Shown here in pieces: positions 11,952-23,443 of a stretch of DNA of 39,804 bases; position 1 is the stretch's first letter, and the number at the start of each line of letters is the position of its first letter. This stretch comes from Octopus bimaculoides. Its lineage: Eukaryota. The stretch is from contig NC_069004.1 in assembly GCF_001194135.2 (NCBI RefSeq), positions 10,004,010-10,043,813 of the forward strand. Direction: 5' to 3'. A program made the position numbers and the translations under genes. The notes beneath the pieces are model-generated. The model did no database searches. It saw nothing but the letters and a program-made list of their open reading frames with translations, and was not told where the DNA came from.

Positions 11952-12340
11952 GGAGGCGCAATGGCCCAGTGGTTAGGGCAGCAGACTCGCAGTCATAGGA
12001 TTGCAGTTTCGATTCCCAGACCGGGCGTTGTGAGTGTTAATTGAGCAAAAACACCTAAAGCTCCACGAGGCTCCGACAGGGGATGGTGGCGAACGCTGCT
12101 GTACTCTTCCACCACAACTTTCTCTCACTCTTACTTCCTGTTTCTGTTGTGCCTGTAATTCAAAGGGTCAGCCTTGTCACACTGTGTCACGCGCTGAATA
12201 TCCCCCGAGAACTACGTTAAGGGTACACGTGTCTGTGGAGTGCTCAGCCACTTGCACGTTAATTTCACGAGCAGGCTGTTTCCGTTGATCGGATCAACTG
12301 GAACCCTCAACGTCATAAGCGACGGAGTGCCAACAACAAC
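11952..12340 (+). mobile_element. Full-length tRNA-derived SINE (family D) with (CAA)n tail
   Basis: A box tggcccagtggttagg, B box gtttcgattccc, and tail ggagtgccaacaacaac. Other copies at 24005-24308 (-) and a head fragment at about 14185-14222. Confidence 0.85.
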
Positions 12341-12689
12341 ATGTATGTATGTGTGAGTGAGAAATCTGAGATTCAGATCAATTATGCAACAACTTATGTT
12401 TTCATTCACATTGTTCAATTTGAGTTGTATACAAATCTTATTTGAAAGCAGATACATAACGAATTCATAAAATACCCTTAATGGTGATTATACGCCGCTG
12501 CAGGGAGACTAATAAATGAAGGCAGCTGTTGACTTGATGTGTTTAAGTTACTGAGTTTATATCATCCAGGAGAAATGACATAAACAGCTGCAATGGTCTT
12601 ATTAATAATCCAGAACAGAAAATATGACAAGTAGCATATAGCTCAACCATAAATTGCAAGAGCTTTACTTTCCAAAACCTTCTCAGATT

Positions 12690-12866
12690 TACTACTTCAG
12701 CCATCAAAATATTCTGTCAAATGTAATGCTCATTTATTTAAATTGTTTTAAATTAATCAAGAATTATCTTGAAATTTCAAAATTTTGATGATGCAAATAT
12801 TTTACTTTTAGCATTGTAGGGTATGTGCGAGAGGCTGGATCTGATTGGTTTGAATGCTAATGGGTT
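12690..12866. mobile_element. Decayed TTAA-type MITE remnant
   Basis: Ends in gaatgctaatgggtta and resembles an octopus piggyBac-like MITE that I recall. The left TIR is not clear. Confidence 0.3.
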
Positions 12867-12867
12867 A

Positions 12868-13100
12868 CTCTTTTACTTGTTTGAGTCATTTGACTGTGAC
12901 CATACTGGGGCACTGCCTTGAAGAATTTTTAGTTAAATAAATTGAGTCCAGTACTTATTTTTTTCCTTCAAACCCTGCTATTCATTCTATCAGTCTCTCA
13001 TGTCGAACCGCTAAGTTGTGGGGACATAAACACACCAACACCAGTTGTCAAGTGGTGGTGGTGGTGGTGGTGGTGGTGTGACAAATATAAACACAGAGAC
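12868..13100 (-). mobile_element. Family A SINE module
   Basis: Reverse complement of 61-249, followed by (GGT)n. Confidence 0.75.
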
Positions 13101-13234
13101 ATATACACATGGATATATATATATATATTTCCGAAATTGTTTAAATGTGTATAGAATAATATATCAGTTGAATAAAGTTACATGGTCTGGTTTTCACATT
13201 TTTTATTATATATATATATAGACCTTTGGAAATG

Positions 13235-13520
13235 TGCTGTGCGTGAGAAGACCCGGCAAGCCAAGTAAGATTGTTGCCAGTGCCCCTGGACTGGCTCTTG
13301 TGCGGGTGGCACATGAGATGCACCATTTTGAGCGTGGCCGTTGCCAGTACCGCCTGACTGGCTCCCGTAGGATTTTCGAGTGAGATCGTTGCCAGTGCCC
13401 CTGGACTGGCTTGTGCGGGTGGCACATAAAAGACACCATTTCGAGCATGGCCGTTTTCGTGCGGGTGACACGTAAAAGCACCCACTACACTCTCTGAGAG
13501 GTTGGCGTTAGGAAGGGCAT
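13235..13520 (+). mobile_element. Family C element with internal tandem duplication, truncated by a gap
   Basis: Repeated gttgccagtgcccctggactggct units; inverted relative to 9326-9630. Confidence 0.85.
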
Positions 13521-13699
13521 NNNNNNNNNNNNNNNNNNNNNNNNNNNNNNNNNNNNNNNNNNNNNNNNNNNNNNNNNNNNNNNNNNNNNNNNNNNNNNNN
13601 NNNNNNNNNNNNNNNNNNNNNNNNNNNNNNNNNNNNNNNNNNNNNNNNNNNNNNNNNNNNNNNNNNNNNNNNNNNNNNNNNNNNNNNNNNNNNNNNNNN

Positions 13700-13771
<72 letters not shown>

Positions 13772-13855
13772 CTTCTGTACCAAACACAACCTCTACCAAG
13801 CTATCATTACCTCTGTACCTATTGAATCATCTGCTCTCACTCTGTATTTCCATAG

Positions 13856-14014
13856 ACCGGTAGAGAAGACTGGTTAATTGGTCGTGCCAATGCCAACAAA
13901 GTTGATTTAAATCGAAACTTTCCTGACCTCAACAACATCGTCTATGAGAACGAACAGACCCACGGACCAAACAACCACCTCGAGAAGTTGGCATATGCAT
14001 TGATAACACCAGAC
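13856..14014 (+). CDS. CPE: CPE-like exon ([53 protein letters not shown])
   Basis: catAG acceptor and GTAAGT donor, 159 nt, phase 0/0. Contains DLNRNFPDL, and GPNNHL, which I recall as CPE-like. Too short for the ORF track; translated by hand. Confidence 0.93.
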
Positions 14015-14309
14015 GTAAGTCAATTTATATATATTCTTTTGTTCTGTTATTAATTTCAGTGTGGCCATACTGGAGCACCACCTCTAACAGTTTTTTTGTT
14101 AGTTCTATCAATGGCAATATCTCTATCAGCTTAGTATGTCTATCTTTGTTTATGCCTGATTTCCTTCATCACTAATCCATGATGTGGAGACGCAATGGCC
14201 CAGTGGTTAGGGCAGCGGACTCTGTTTTTTACCTTCTTCAATACACATGTATTTTTATCTCAATAGATGTCACCAGTATAGCACTTATCCTACCTTAATT
14301 CCAGTAGAT

Positions 14310-14608
14310 CAGGGGTTTTCAAACTGTGGTCCGCGGACCACAGGGGGTCCGCAAGGACAAGACAGGGGGTCTGTGGACAGCAAATACTTTTTATGGGCAA
14401 TTTGATTATATATATGTTTTTTAATCGAAATCTTTTAATTGACAATAAACCTATTTGTTAAATACTGTTAGATAAATAAATGTAAAAATATATGTTATTT
14501 TAAGCAAATATTTATGTATAAATTTCATAAGCGTTTATAAGGGGGGTCCCTAAGGTAAAGCCTGAAATATAAAGGGGTCCGCAAGTCAAAAAGTTTACAA
14601 AACCCCTG
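14310..14608. mobile_element. hAT (Buster/Charlie-type) MITE
   Basis: TIRs CAGGGGTTTT / AAAACCCCTG. Perfect 8-bp TSD CAGTAGAT (14302-14309 and 14609-14616) with a central TA. Subterminal ggggtcc repeats. Confidence 0.9.
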
Positions 14609-14702
14609 CAGTAGATGATATACTTCAACATACACAAAGTAGAAAACATTTATGGCCTAAGATAAAATATCTTCAAGAATGTCTATATTTCTTTCTTTGC
14701 AG

Positions 14703-14866
14703 TTAGAGTCGGAGACAAAGACAGTTATGAAATGGCTGAGTGCTTACCCATTTGTCCTGTCAGCTAATCTGCATGGTGGTGACTTGGTAGCTAACTACCC
14801 ATATGATCTGACCCGCAGTGGTAAACAAAAAGAGTATAGTATCAGCCCTGATGATGCGACCTTCAG
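14703..14866 (+). CDS. CPE: CPE-like exon ([55 protein letters not shown])
   Basis: ttgcAG acceptor and AG|GTTGG donor, phase 0/2. [10 protein letters not shown] supplies the third Zn ligand. Confidence 0.95.
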
Positions 14867-15894
14867 GTTGGTTCACTTCTAGATTTTTTTGGCTGGGATT
14901 TCATTTGTTTGGTTGTAGCTTTGGTGATGTGACATCCATATTCAACAGAACAAATCTCAGAAATCCCTTTACACACATGAACTGACATATATTATCATCA
15001 TCGTCTTTGTTTTAACATCCACTTTTCCATGATTGTATGTGTTGCACCGTGCTTACACCAACATTAAATAGTACACACACACACACACACACACACACGT
15101 CATTTAATGTCCATTTTATCCTGCTTCCATGGGACTTAACTCAAAACTGTGTGGTTGGGATGCATGCATACTTCTTAAACTCACAGCCATATATAGCATG
15201 GCTAGAGTTGACTGTGGCATGAAAATTGATTGATTAAAAACGAATTTATCAGATATCATGCAAGATAAATTCTTGGTTTAAAGAAATTTATGCACACACA
15301 CACACACGCACACACACTGTCTCTGTCTGTCTTTCTCTCTTTCACACGCACTCATATACACACGCACACAGTCTCAACCGCATTCACACATACACATTCA
15401 GTCTCACACATTGCAAATCAGGTAACGATTCCCTCCATTTCTAACGCCCATCACTAACGTGTCTCACGAATCCGCACGCTTTCCTTATGTAAAAGCTTTT
15501 AGGCATTACGCCAACCAACGATGTCAGAAAAGCAAGGACCATAAATACTTTTTCTAATTATTTTCGTCGGATGAAATTCCTCCCGGATTCCAATTTGGTT
15601 TTCACAGCTAACAATTACCATGAAGTAGTCTCCCTTCGACCACTATAGGACTGATCCGAGTTATTTCCCTTTATACCTCTTGCCCATTGATATTTCCGAT
15701 TGAACGGCCATTTCGATTACTCGATCCATTTTTGACAAATGAGAATCTGATTAACTTGTACATTATATTCTAATTACTTTTTCCGTTTGTTTGTAAGCAT
15801 GTGTGTATGTCAGATAGTCCTTGTATTTTGTAGTATATATGACGGTCACCCCCCCCCCATCGATTTCAGCGTGTGAGCGTTTGAAGGAGACGAT

Positions 15895-16104
15895 TACTCT
15901 TTTACTTGTTTCAGTTATTTGACTGCGGCCATGCTGGAGCACCGCCTTTAGTCAAGCAAATCGACCCCAGGACTTAATCTTTGTAAGCCTAGTACTTATT
16001 CTATCGGTTTTCTTTTGCCGAACCGCTAAGTTACGGGGACGTAAACACACCAGCATCGGTTGTCAAGCGATGTTGGGGGGACAAACACAGATACACAAAC
16101 ACGC
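15895..16104 (-). mobile_element. Young family A SINE module abutting a gap
   Basis: Close reverse complement of 61-249 with CpGs retained. Confidence 0.85.
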
Positions 16105-16900
16105 NNNNNNNNNNNNNNNNNNNNNNNNNNNNNNNNNNNNNNNNNNNNNNNNNNNNNNNNNNNNNNNNNNNNNNNNNNNNNNNNNNNNNNNNNNNNNNNN
16201 NNNNNNNNNNNNNNNNNNNNNNNNNNNNNNNNNNNNNNNNNNNNNNNNNNNNNNNNNNNNNNNNNNNNNNNNNNNNNNNNNNNNNNNNNNNNNNNNNNNN
16301 NNNNNNNNNNNNNNNNNNNNNNNNNNNNNNNNNNNNNNNNNNNNNNNNNNNNNNNNNNNNNNNNNNNNNNNNNNNNNNNNNNNNNNNNNNNNNNNNNNNN
16401 NNNNNNNNNNNNNNNNNNNNNNNNNNNNNNNNNNNNNNNNNNNNNNNNNNNNNNNNNNNNNNNNNNNNNNNNNNNNNNNNNNNNNNNNNNNNNNNNNNNN
16501 NNNNNNNNNNNNNNNNNNNNNNNNNNNNNNNNNNNNNNNNNNNNNNNNNNNNNNNNNNNNNNNNNNNNNNNNNNNNNNNNNNNNNNNNNNNNNNNNNNNN
16601 NNNNNNNNNNNNNNNNNNNNNNNNNNNNNNNNNNNNNNNNNNNNNNNNNNNNNNNNNNNNNNNNNNNNNNNNNNNNNNNNNNNNNNNNNNNNNNNNNNNN
16701 NNNNNNNNNNNNNNNNNNNNNNNNNNNNNNNNNNNNNNNNNNNNNNNNNNNNNNNNNNNNNNNNNNNNNNNNNNNNNNNNNNNNNNNNNNNNNNNNNNNN
16801 NNNNNNNNNNNNNNNNNNNNNNNNNNNNNNNNNNNNNNNNNNNNNNNNNNNNNNNNNNNNNNNNNNNNNNNNNNNNNNNNNNNNNNNNNNNNNNNNNNNN

Positions 16901-16964
<64 letters not shown>

Positions 16965-17324
16965 TGCAAAAAAGATGTATGCATATGTATTGATGTATGT
17001 TTGTATACATGACAATACATCTCTTCGCTCACTCTCTCTCTCTCTCTCTCTTTGTGTCCCTCTCTCTCTCTTTCAATCACACACACATCTATTTCATATA
17101 TACGTACATACATCTTTCACTTTCTCCTCTCTTTCCCTTTAAAACAAAAGTAAATTAATAAAACTCCGGTTGATGAAATTACATTCAGTTAAAAATATTT
17201 CTAATTGATTAAAATATTGTCTACGTCAAAAAGTTGACTTTTTAATTTTTTTTCTTAGCGCGAAGACTGTGTGTGTGAATTTGTACGTGTTCTGTTTCTG
17301 AGAGCTATTCTATTGGACCTCCGT

Positions 17325-17850
17325 CTAATCATTAAAACATTGTTTTAATGATTCAGCATTAAGTGCTGCAGCATATGTTTGCTGATCTTGGGGAAGTCTC
17401 ATCTCACTTCTCTCTTGAGACTCCATCTGATGTACTGTAGCATGCCTTTGCTGATGTTGAGAAAGTCTCCTCTCCCTTCTCTCTTGAGACTGTATTTTAT
17501 TTCTTTATTGCCCACAAGGGGCTAAACATAGAGGGGACAAACAAGGACAGACAAAGGGATTAAGTCAATTACATCGACCCCAGCGCGTAACTGATACTTA
17601 ATTTATCGACCCAGAAAGGATGAAAGGCAAAGTCGACCTCGGCGGAATTTGAACTCAGAACATAGCGGCACACGAAATACCGCTAAGCATTTCGCCCGGC
17701 GTGCTAACGATTCTGCCAGCTCGCCGCCTTGAGACTCCATCTGATGTGCTTCAGCATCCCTTTGCTAACGTTGAGAAAGTCTCATGTCCCTTATTTCTTG
17801 ATACTCGTGACTTCGGATTTCTGCACTCCTCCTTGCTTCATAGGTGCTTC
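17325..17850 (-). mobile_element. 69-bp tandem repeat encoding 23-aa units (ESQERRERRLSQHQQRHATVHQM), resembling Helitron RepHel N-terminal repeats, split by a SINE
   Basis: Three 69-bp units; the frame is continuous once the SINE at 17492-17728 is removed, with one internal stop. The Helitron assignment is from recalled similarity. Confidence 0.5.
17492..17728 (-). mobile_element. Young full-length family B SINE with TSD
   Basis: TTGAGACT duplicated at 17484-17491 and 17729-17736. Intact head ggcggcgagctggcagaa. Confidence 0.92.
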
Positions 17851-18789
17851 CAGACAGATTATGTTGTTTTTTTTTGGTTTTTGGTGACATATTTTTTTCA
17901 ATGTTTTAAACAAAAAATTATGAACATAGAAAAAAATATACTTTGATCTCTAATTTTGTAAGCAGTTTTATGTATGTAGTATATCTATATTTTTGTATGC
18001 TGTATAAATTAACCAAATATATGCAAATTGTAAATACATTGCAACTTTGCAACTGCTGTGCTAATTATGAACAGTTAATTGAACGGCAGATGTGTATTTT
18101 TATATAAGTTGGACCATCTCGTCACATATGTATGTATGTGAGTGTTTGATAACATATGTAATGGGCATGCAAACACACACACACACTCACAGACACATAC
18201 AAATGACGTATACAAAATGTGATGATATGCACACATACACTGTCACATACATATAGTAAAAGAGACACATACAGACATACACTCACGCATGTCAATCGTC
18301 ACATGTATATGAATGTGTAGATGTGTGTGTGTGTGTGTATGTATGATTAATGATGTACCTAATGCAGAAACACACACACACAGTCAGAAAGACACACAAT
18401 CATACATACACATGCATACGCACGCATATGTGATGTCATCGTGGTATAAAATGTCCTTTACTTTCTTGTGTGTATCGAACATACAAACGCACACACACAA
18501 AAGCGAATGAATAAAAGTGAAACAATATTATATCACACAAGGCTGTCAATTTGTAGAGAGAAATTACAAACCCAATTTCAGCATATAAAGCTGTAAAAGA
18601 AAACAGCTTGAGTGAAAATACTTGAGCCATGCATGAATGCTCAATGGCATGGTTGAATTCTCATTGGTTTGTATCACAACGGTTTTTGATAGAGGGAGAA
18701 ATGTAAATAGACAGAGGGCAAACAATTTAAAATAAGTAATATGTAGGGAGAACATACAAATAGCATATAGACAAAGATATTTACGCATA

Positions 18790-19210
18790 TGACTGGCACA
18801 CATGCTGGTAGAATGTAATAAACACCATCCAGAAGCTGTCGATGTCAGCATCCCCCCAACTGGTTCCTTTGGCGATGGCACGTAAAAATCATCTTCCAAA
18901 CGTAGTTGATGCCAGTGCCCCCCAACTGGCTCCCATGCTGGTGGAATGTAAAAAGCACCATCTGAATGTGGTCAATGCCAGTGTTGCCTGACTGGCTTCC
19001 ATGCCAGTGGTATGTAAAAAGCTCCCACTACACTCTTGGAGTAGTTGGCATTAGGAAGGGCATCCAGGTGTAGAAACCTTGCCAGATCAGATTGGAGCCT
19101 GGTACAGCCTACTGGCTTGCCAGTCCTCAATCAAACTGTTCCAATCCACGCCAGCATGGAAAGTGGGTGTTAAATGATGATGGTTATGATGATGATGATG
19201 ATGATGGTTA
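18790..19210 (+). mobile_element. Diverged family C element with (GAT)n tail
   Basis: ccagcatggaaagtgggtgttaaatgatgatg end; body similar to 21676-22030. Confidence 0.75.
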
Positions 19211-19829
19211 TGATGATGATGATGATATAGATATAGCTATATAAATGTATGTGTGTGTGTGTGTCTTGTGTCTTGATTATAACTAAACATGTTCACTCAA
19301 CCATGTCAGCCTTCATTTCAGGCACAAAATATACTGCCACGTGACACTAATGCACAGACATAGCAGGAAATGTATAGAAGGTTCTAAACTTAATCACGTG
19401 TTCATTCTCTAGAAACACTTGACAGAAAACATTCAGAGCATTGATTGTTTAGTATTATCACTAAAATTGTTCAGTCATTGTGTCAGCCTTAACTTAAGAC
19501 ACTAAACATTGTCACTTGATACTAACACACAAATTAAGTGAGCAACCTATAAAAATTTCTAAGACCAGTGATGTGACTATTCTCTACCAATCAAACCTTG
19601 TCCAAAACATAGTAATTTGAGCCAAGAACTCCCTATAAAATCAGGGCAAGTTTCAGACATTAGTCAGAAGCAAAACAGCTGCAACATAAGCCATGTGTTT
19701 CTATTTCCAATATTTTAACTATTCTCAGTGCCTTTTGAACTTCTATTTTTCACACACACACACACACACAAAAACACACATACATACATATATATGTATA
19801 TACATATATAGTTCAAAAAAGAAAAACGA

Positions 19830-19995
19830 CAAAAAACAACAACGCGAGGACGTGATACAGATTGTGTTACTGGACGCTCGGGAAAGGAAAAAAAGAGAAT
19901 TTGACGTTTCGAGCGGAGCTCTTCGTCGGAAACATAGGACAGTCCATAGAAGGGAAGACGGAGGAAGAAAAAATCGCCAACAATATCCACGAGAC
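19830..19995 (-). mobile_element. Penelope-like pseudo-LTR fragment with a minimal hammerhead motif
   Basis: Minus strand 19932-19900 reads TTT CCGACGA A GAGC-TCC-GCTC GAAAC GTC AAA. CpG-rich island between microsatellites. Confidence 0.6.
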
Positions 19996-20030
19996 ACATG
20001 CATACATATATATACATATATATAAATACA

Positions 20031-21065
20031 TAGGTGGTGAAAGTCATGGAGAGGTTCATAGCCAAGTAATTAGGGAAAGAGTCTGCTTAGAACAATACAG
20101 TTCGGCTTTGTGCCAGGTAAAAGCACCACTGATGCTATATTCCTGATGCGGCAACTGCAGGAGAAAAACCTAGCCAAAGATAAACCCCTATATTTGGCTT
20201 TTGTGGACTTGGAGAAAGCCTTAGACAGGGTCCCCAAATCCTTTATCTGGTGGGTGATGCGGAAACTAGGGATTGACGAATGGTTAATAAGGGCTGTACA
20301 GGCCCTATATAGAGATGCCGTTAGTAGGGTTAGGATTAGAAATGAGTATAGTGAAGAATTCTGGGTAGAAGTAGGGGGTCCACCAAGGATCAGCCCTCAG
20401 CCCCCTCTTATTCATCATAGTCCTCCAAGCAATAACAGAGGAGTTCAAAACAGGCTGCCCCTGGAAGCTCCTCTGTGCTAATGACCTGGCTCTCATAGCA
20501 GAATCACTACCAGAACTAGAGAAGAAACTTCAAGTGTGGAAGCAAGATTTAGAATCGAAGGGCCTTAGAGTCAATGTTGCAAAGACCAAAGTTCTAGTAA
20601 GTAGGAAGGCGAACGCATCACACGCCCCTTCAGGTAGGTGGCCCTGCTCGATCATTAGAAAGGTTGTAGGTAGAAACTCCATAAGATGTACCCAGTGTAA
20701 GCTATGGACACATAAGAGGTGCAACAACATCAAAGGAAGATTAACTGGGAAGATAGCTTTCATGTGAAGCAGATGCACAAAGGCAATAAACACCACAGAT
20801 GCTCAGAAAACAGACTCCATCACATGCTGGGGGAGAAACTAGAAGTAGTTGATAGCTTCCGCTACCTAGGTGACCAAGTCTGTAGTGGGGGTGGATGCTC
20901 AGAGAGTGTTACTACTAGAATAAGAATAGCCTGGGCAAAGTTCAGAAAGCTTCTGCCCCTACTGGTGACAAAGGGCCTCTCGCTCAGAGTGAAAGGTAGA
21001 TTGTATGATGCATGTGTGCGAACAGCTATGCTTCACAGCAGTGAAACATGGGTCATGACTGCTGA
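20031..21065 (+). mobile_element. RTE-clade LINE reverse transcriptase fragment (pseudogenised)
   Basis: QFGFVPGKSTTDAIF, LAFVDLEKALDRVP, VHQGSALSPLLF (frameshifted), YADD mutated to CAND, SFRYLG, RIRIAWAKF. Contains frameshifts and stops. Confidence 0.92.
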
Positions 21066-21091
21066 TTTTGAGAAAGGAGAAATAAACTAAG

Positions 21092-21585
21092 TTAAATCTC
21101 TGAGCAAGATATAAACAATAGCAATACGGAATCGTAACCTGTAATTGCCTAGCCAACTGGAAGAGATGTCTTCCCGGGGCTATAAACATCAGTTGCACTC
21201 TTCTGTATAGGACGCCATGCTTCGTTAGCAATTATATGTTATGATTCCATATTGCTATTGCTTATATCTCGCTCAGAGATTTAATATAGACTGTTTGTCA
21301 CTGAAGAAAGCAGGTAGTATTTTGTGAGTGGAGTGAGTTTTTGTGACTAGCTGGTGATTAACAGACTCTGAGGACAGGTAACCACCCAGAAACTCAAGTC
21401 CATGTATATCACATAAGGATAGAGATGGGAATGATGACCACCTCTTGCAAATACTAATCAGATACAGAATGTGTGTCACTAGCCAGCTAGAAGAGATGTC
21501 TTCCTGGGGCTATAAATGTCAGTAGCACTCTCCTGTATAGGATGCCATGCCACTGTTTATATCTTGCTTAGAGATTTAATATAGC
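21092..21585. repeat. 47-bp inverted repeats around a 70-bp core, with core and one arm duplicated 330 bp downstream
   Basis: Arms at 21092-21138 and 21238-21284 (4 transitions). Cores at 21151-21220 and 21481-21550. Confidence 0.75.
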
Positions 21586-21675
21586 CTATATATGTGTGTG
21601 TGTGTATGTATGTATATATTTATCTGTGTGTGTGTATATATATATGTATGTATATGAATATGTATGTATATGTAT

Positions 21676-22030
21676 TGAGCGTGGCCGTTGCTAGTACCGC
21701 CTGACTGGCCTTTGTAGGATTTTCGAGCGAGATCGTTGCCAGTGCCCTTGGACTGGCTCTTGTGCAGGTGGCACATAAAATACACCATTTCGAGTGTGGC
21801 CATTGCCAGTACCTCCTGACTGGCCTTTGTGCTGGTGACACGTAAAAGCACCTACTACACTCTCAGAGTGGTTGGCGTTAGGAAGGGCATCCAGCCTTAG
21901 AAACTCTGCCAAATCAGATTGGAGCCTGGTGTAGCCATCTGATTTCACCAGTCCTCAGTCAAATCGTCCAACCCATGCTAGCATGGAAAGCGGATGTTAA
22001 ACGACGACGACAATGATGATGATGATGATG
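21676..22030 (+). mobile_element. Family C element with (GAC/GAT)n tail
   Basis: ccaacccatgctagcatggaaagcggatgttaaacgacgacgacaatgatgat end. Confidence 0.85.
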
Positions 22031-22079
22031 TATGTATGTATATATTTGGCCCAACATCTTATATATGAAAGACATTGAC

Positions 22080-23150
22080 TTGAAATTCAGTCACTTTATG
22101 TCAACATTACACACACTATATGCACTAAATGCACTCCGCAAAGAAAGGCTAGCATACTGACTAACAAGGCTCCCAGGGGCAGAAAAATCCTGATGAGATG
22201 AGCATCAAAGTTCTCAAACCAGTTGAATAGACAACTGAAGTATAGGAAGAAGTCTATTGTAATACACACACTCCCGGAATTCAAAAGCAAGATCACATCC
22301 TGTTAGGAAAAGGAAATAGAAGAGAGACAGAGAGTACCGAGTTGTGGAAAGCATAAAAACAAACCATAAAGCTTTCCTATAAATTTACAAATGAAACACC
22401 CATAATCCAATATAAAATAAGACCATTATTCCAAGGGAATGACTCATAAACTGCAGACCCAGAAAGGGTAAGTGAGGTACTCAGTGGACAATTTAAAAGC
22501 GTCCTTACTTCTGTTGGATGCATGCAGATAAAAAAAACCTAGCTGAATTCTTTAATATTGCAGCTCTAGAAAAAGGAGGTGCCAACCACTAATTACAGCA
22601 ACATTGAGGAGACAGATGTAACAGTGGCCATCAATGAAATGAGCTCAAGCTCTGCAATTGGTCCTGATGGCTTCCCAGCTATTCTGAAGTCGTGTAAGCA
22701 GGCTTTAGCGAAACCACTTCAGACATTTTTCCAAAGTTTCCTTGCAAGTGGTATATTTTCTAAAAAAAGCTAAAAGAAGGCATTATATCCCCTGTCCACA
22801 GGGATGGAAGCAGAGCAGAGGCCAAAAACTACAGGCCAATCTCTCTGACTTCACATGTCAGTAGGGTCATGGAGTAAATCATTAGAAAGAAGCTGATAAT
22901 GTTCCTGGAAGAAGATGACCTTCTGAACAATACCCAGCTCTTATGACACGTTGGCTGAGTTTTGAAACAGCTGCTTAATGTCATCGTGATATGCCTTGAC
23001 TTTTCAAGGGCATTTGATAAGGTACACCATGTCATGATGTGTCATGGGCTGCGTGACCTTGGCATTGTTGGTAAACTGGGAGGGTGGCTGGCATGACTTC
23101 CTTGAAGATGGAGGTCGGGCAGTTGCAGCCACTGGGGAAACTCAAATCCT
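22080..23150 (+). mobile_element. Decayed CR1/L2-group LINE fragment
   Basis: AIGPDGFPAILKSCKQALAKPL, NYRPISLTSHV, CLDFSRAFDKV and GIVGKLGGW appear in shifting frames. Confidence 0.85.
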
Positions 23151-23194
23151 GGGTGATGTAAACATATATATGTATGCATACATATATATGTATA

Positions 23195-23237
<43 letters not shown>

Positions 23238-23411
23238 NNNNNNNNNNNNNNNNNNNNNNNNNNNNNNNNNNNNNNNNNNNNNNNNNNNNNNNNNNNNNNN
23301 NNNNNNNNNNNNNNNNNNNNNNNNNNNNNNNNNNNNNNNNNNNNNNNNNNNNNNNNNNNNNNNNNNNNNNNNNNNNNNNNNNNNNNNNNNNNNNNNNNNN
23401 NNNNNNNNNNN

Positions 23412-23443
<32 letters not shown>

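Noticed and set aside
13141-13485. ORFs such as [17 protein letters not shown], recurring at 9402 and 21576-21948
   Set aside because: These are translations of the family C repeat, not host proteins.
15430-15860. Relatively CpG-rich unique intronic segment, possibly regulatory
   Set aside because: No ORF, repeat or recognisable motif. It may be the non-coding part of a transposon.
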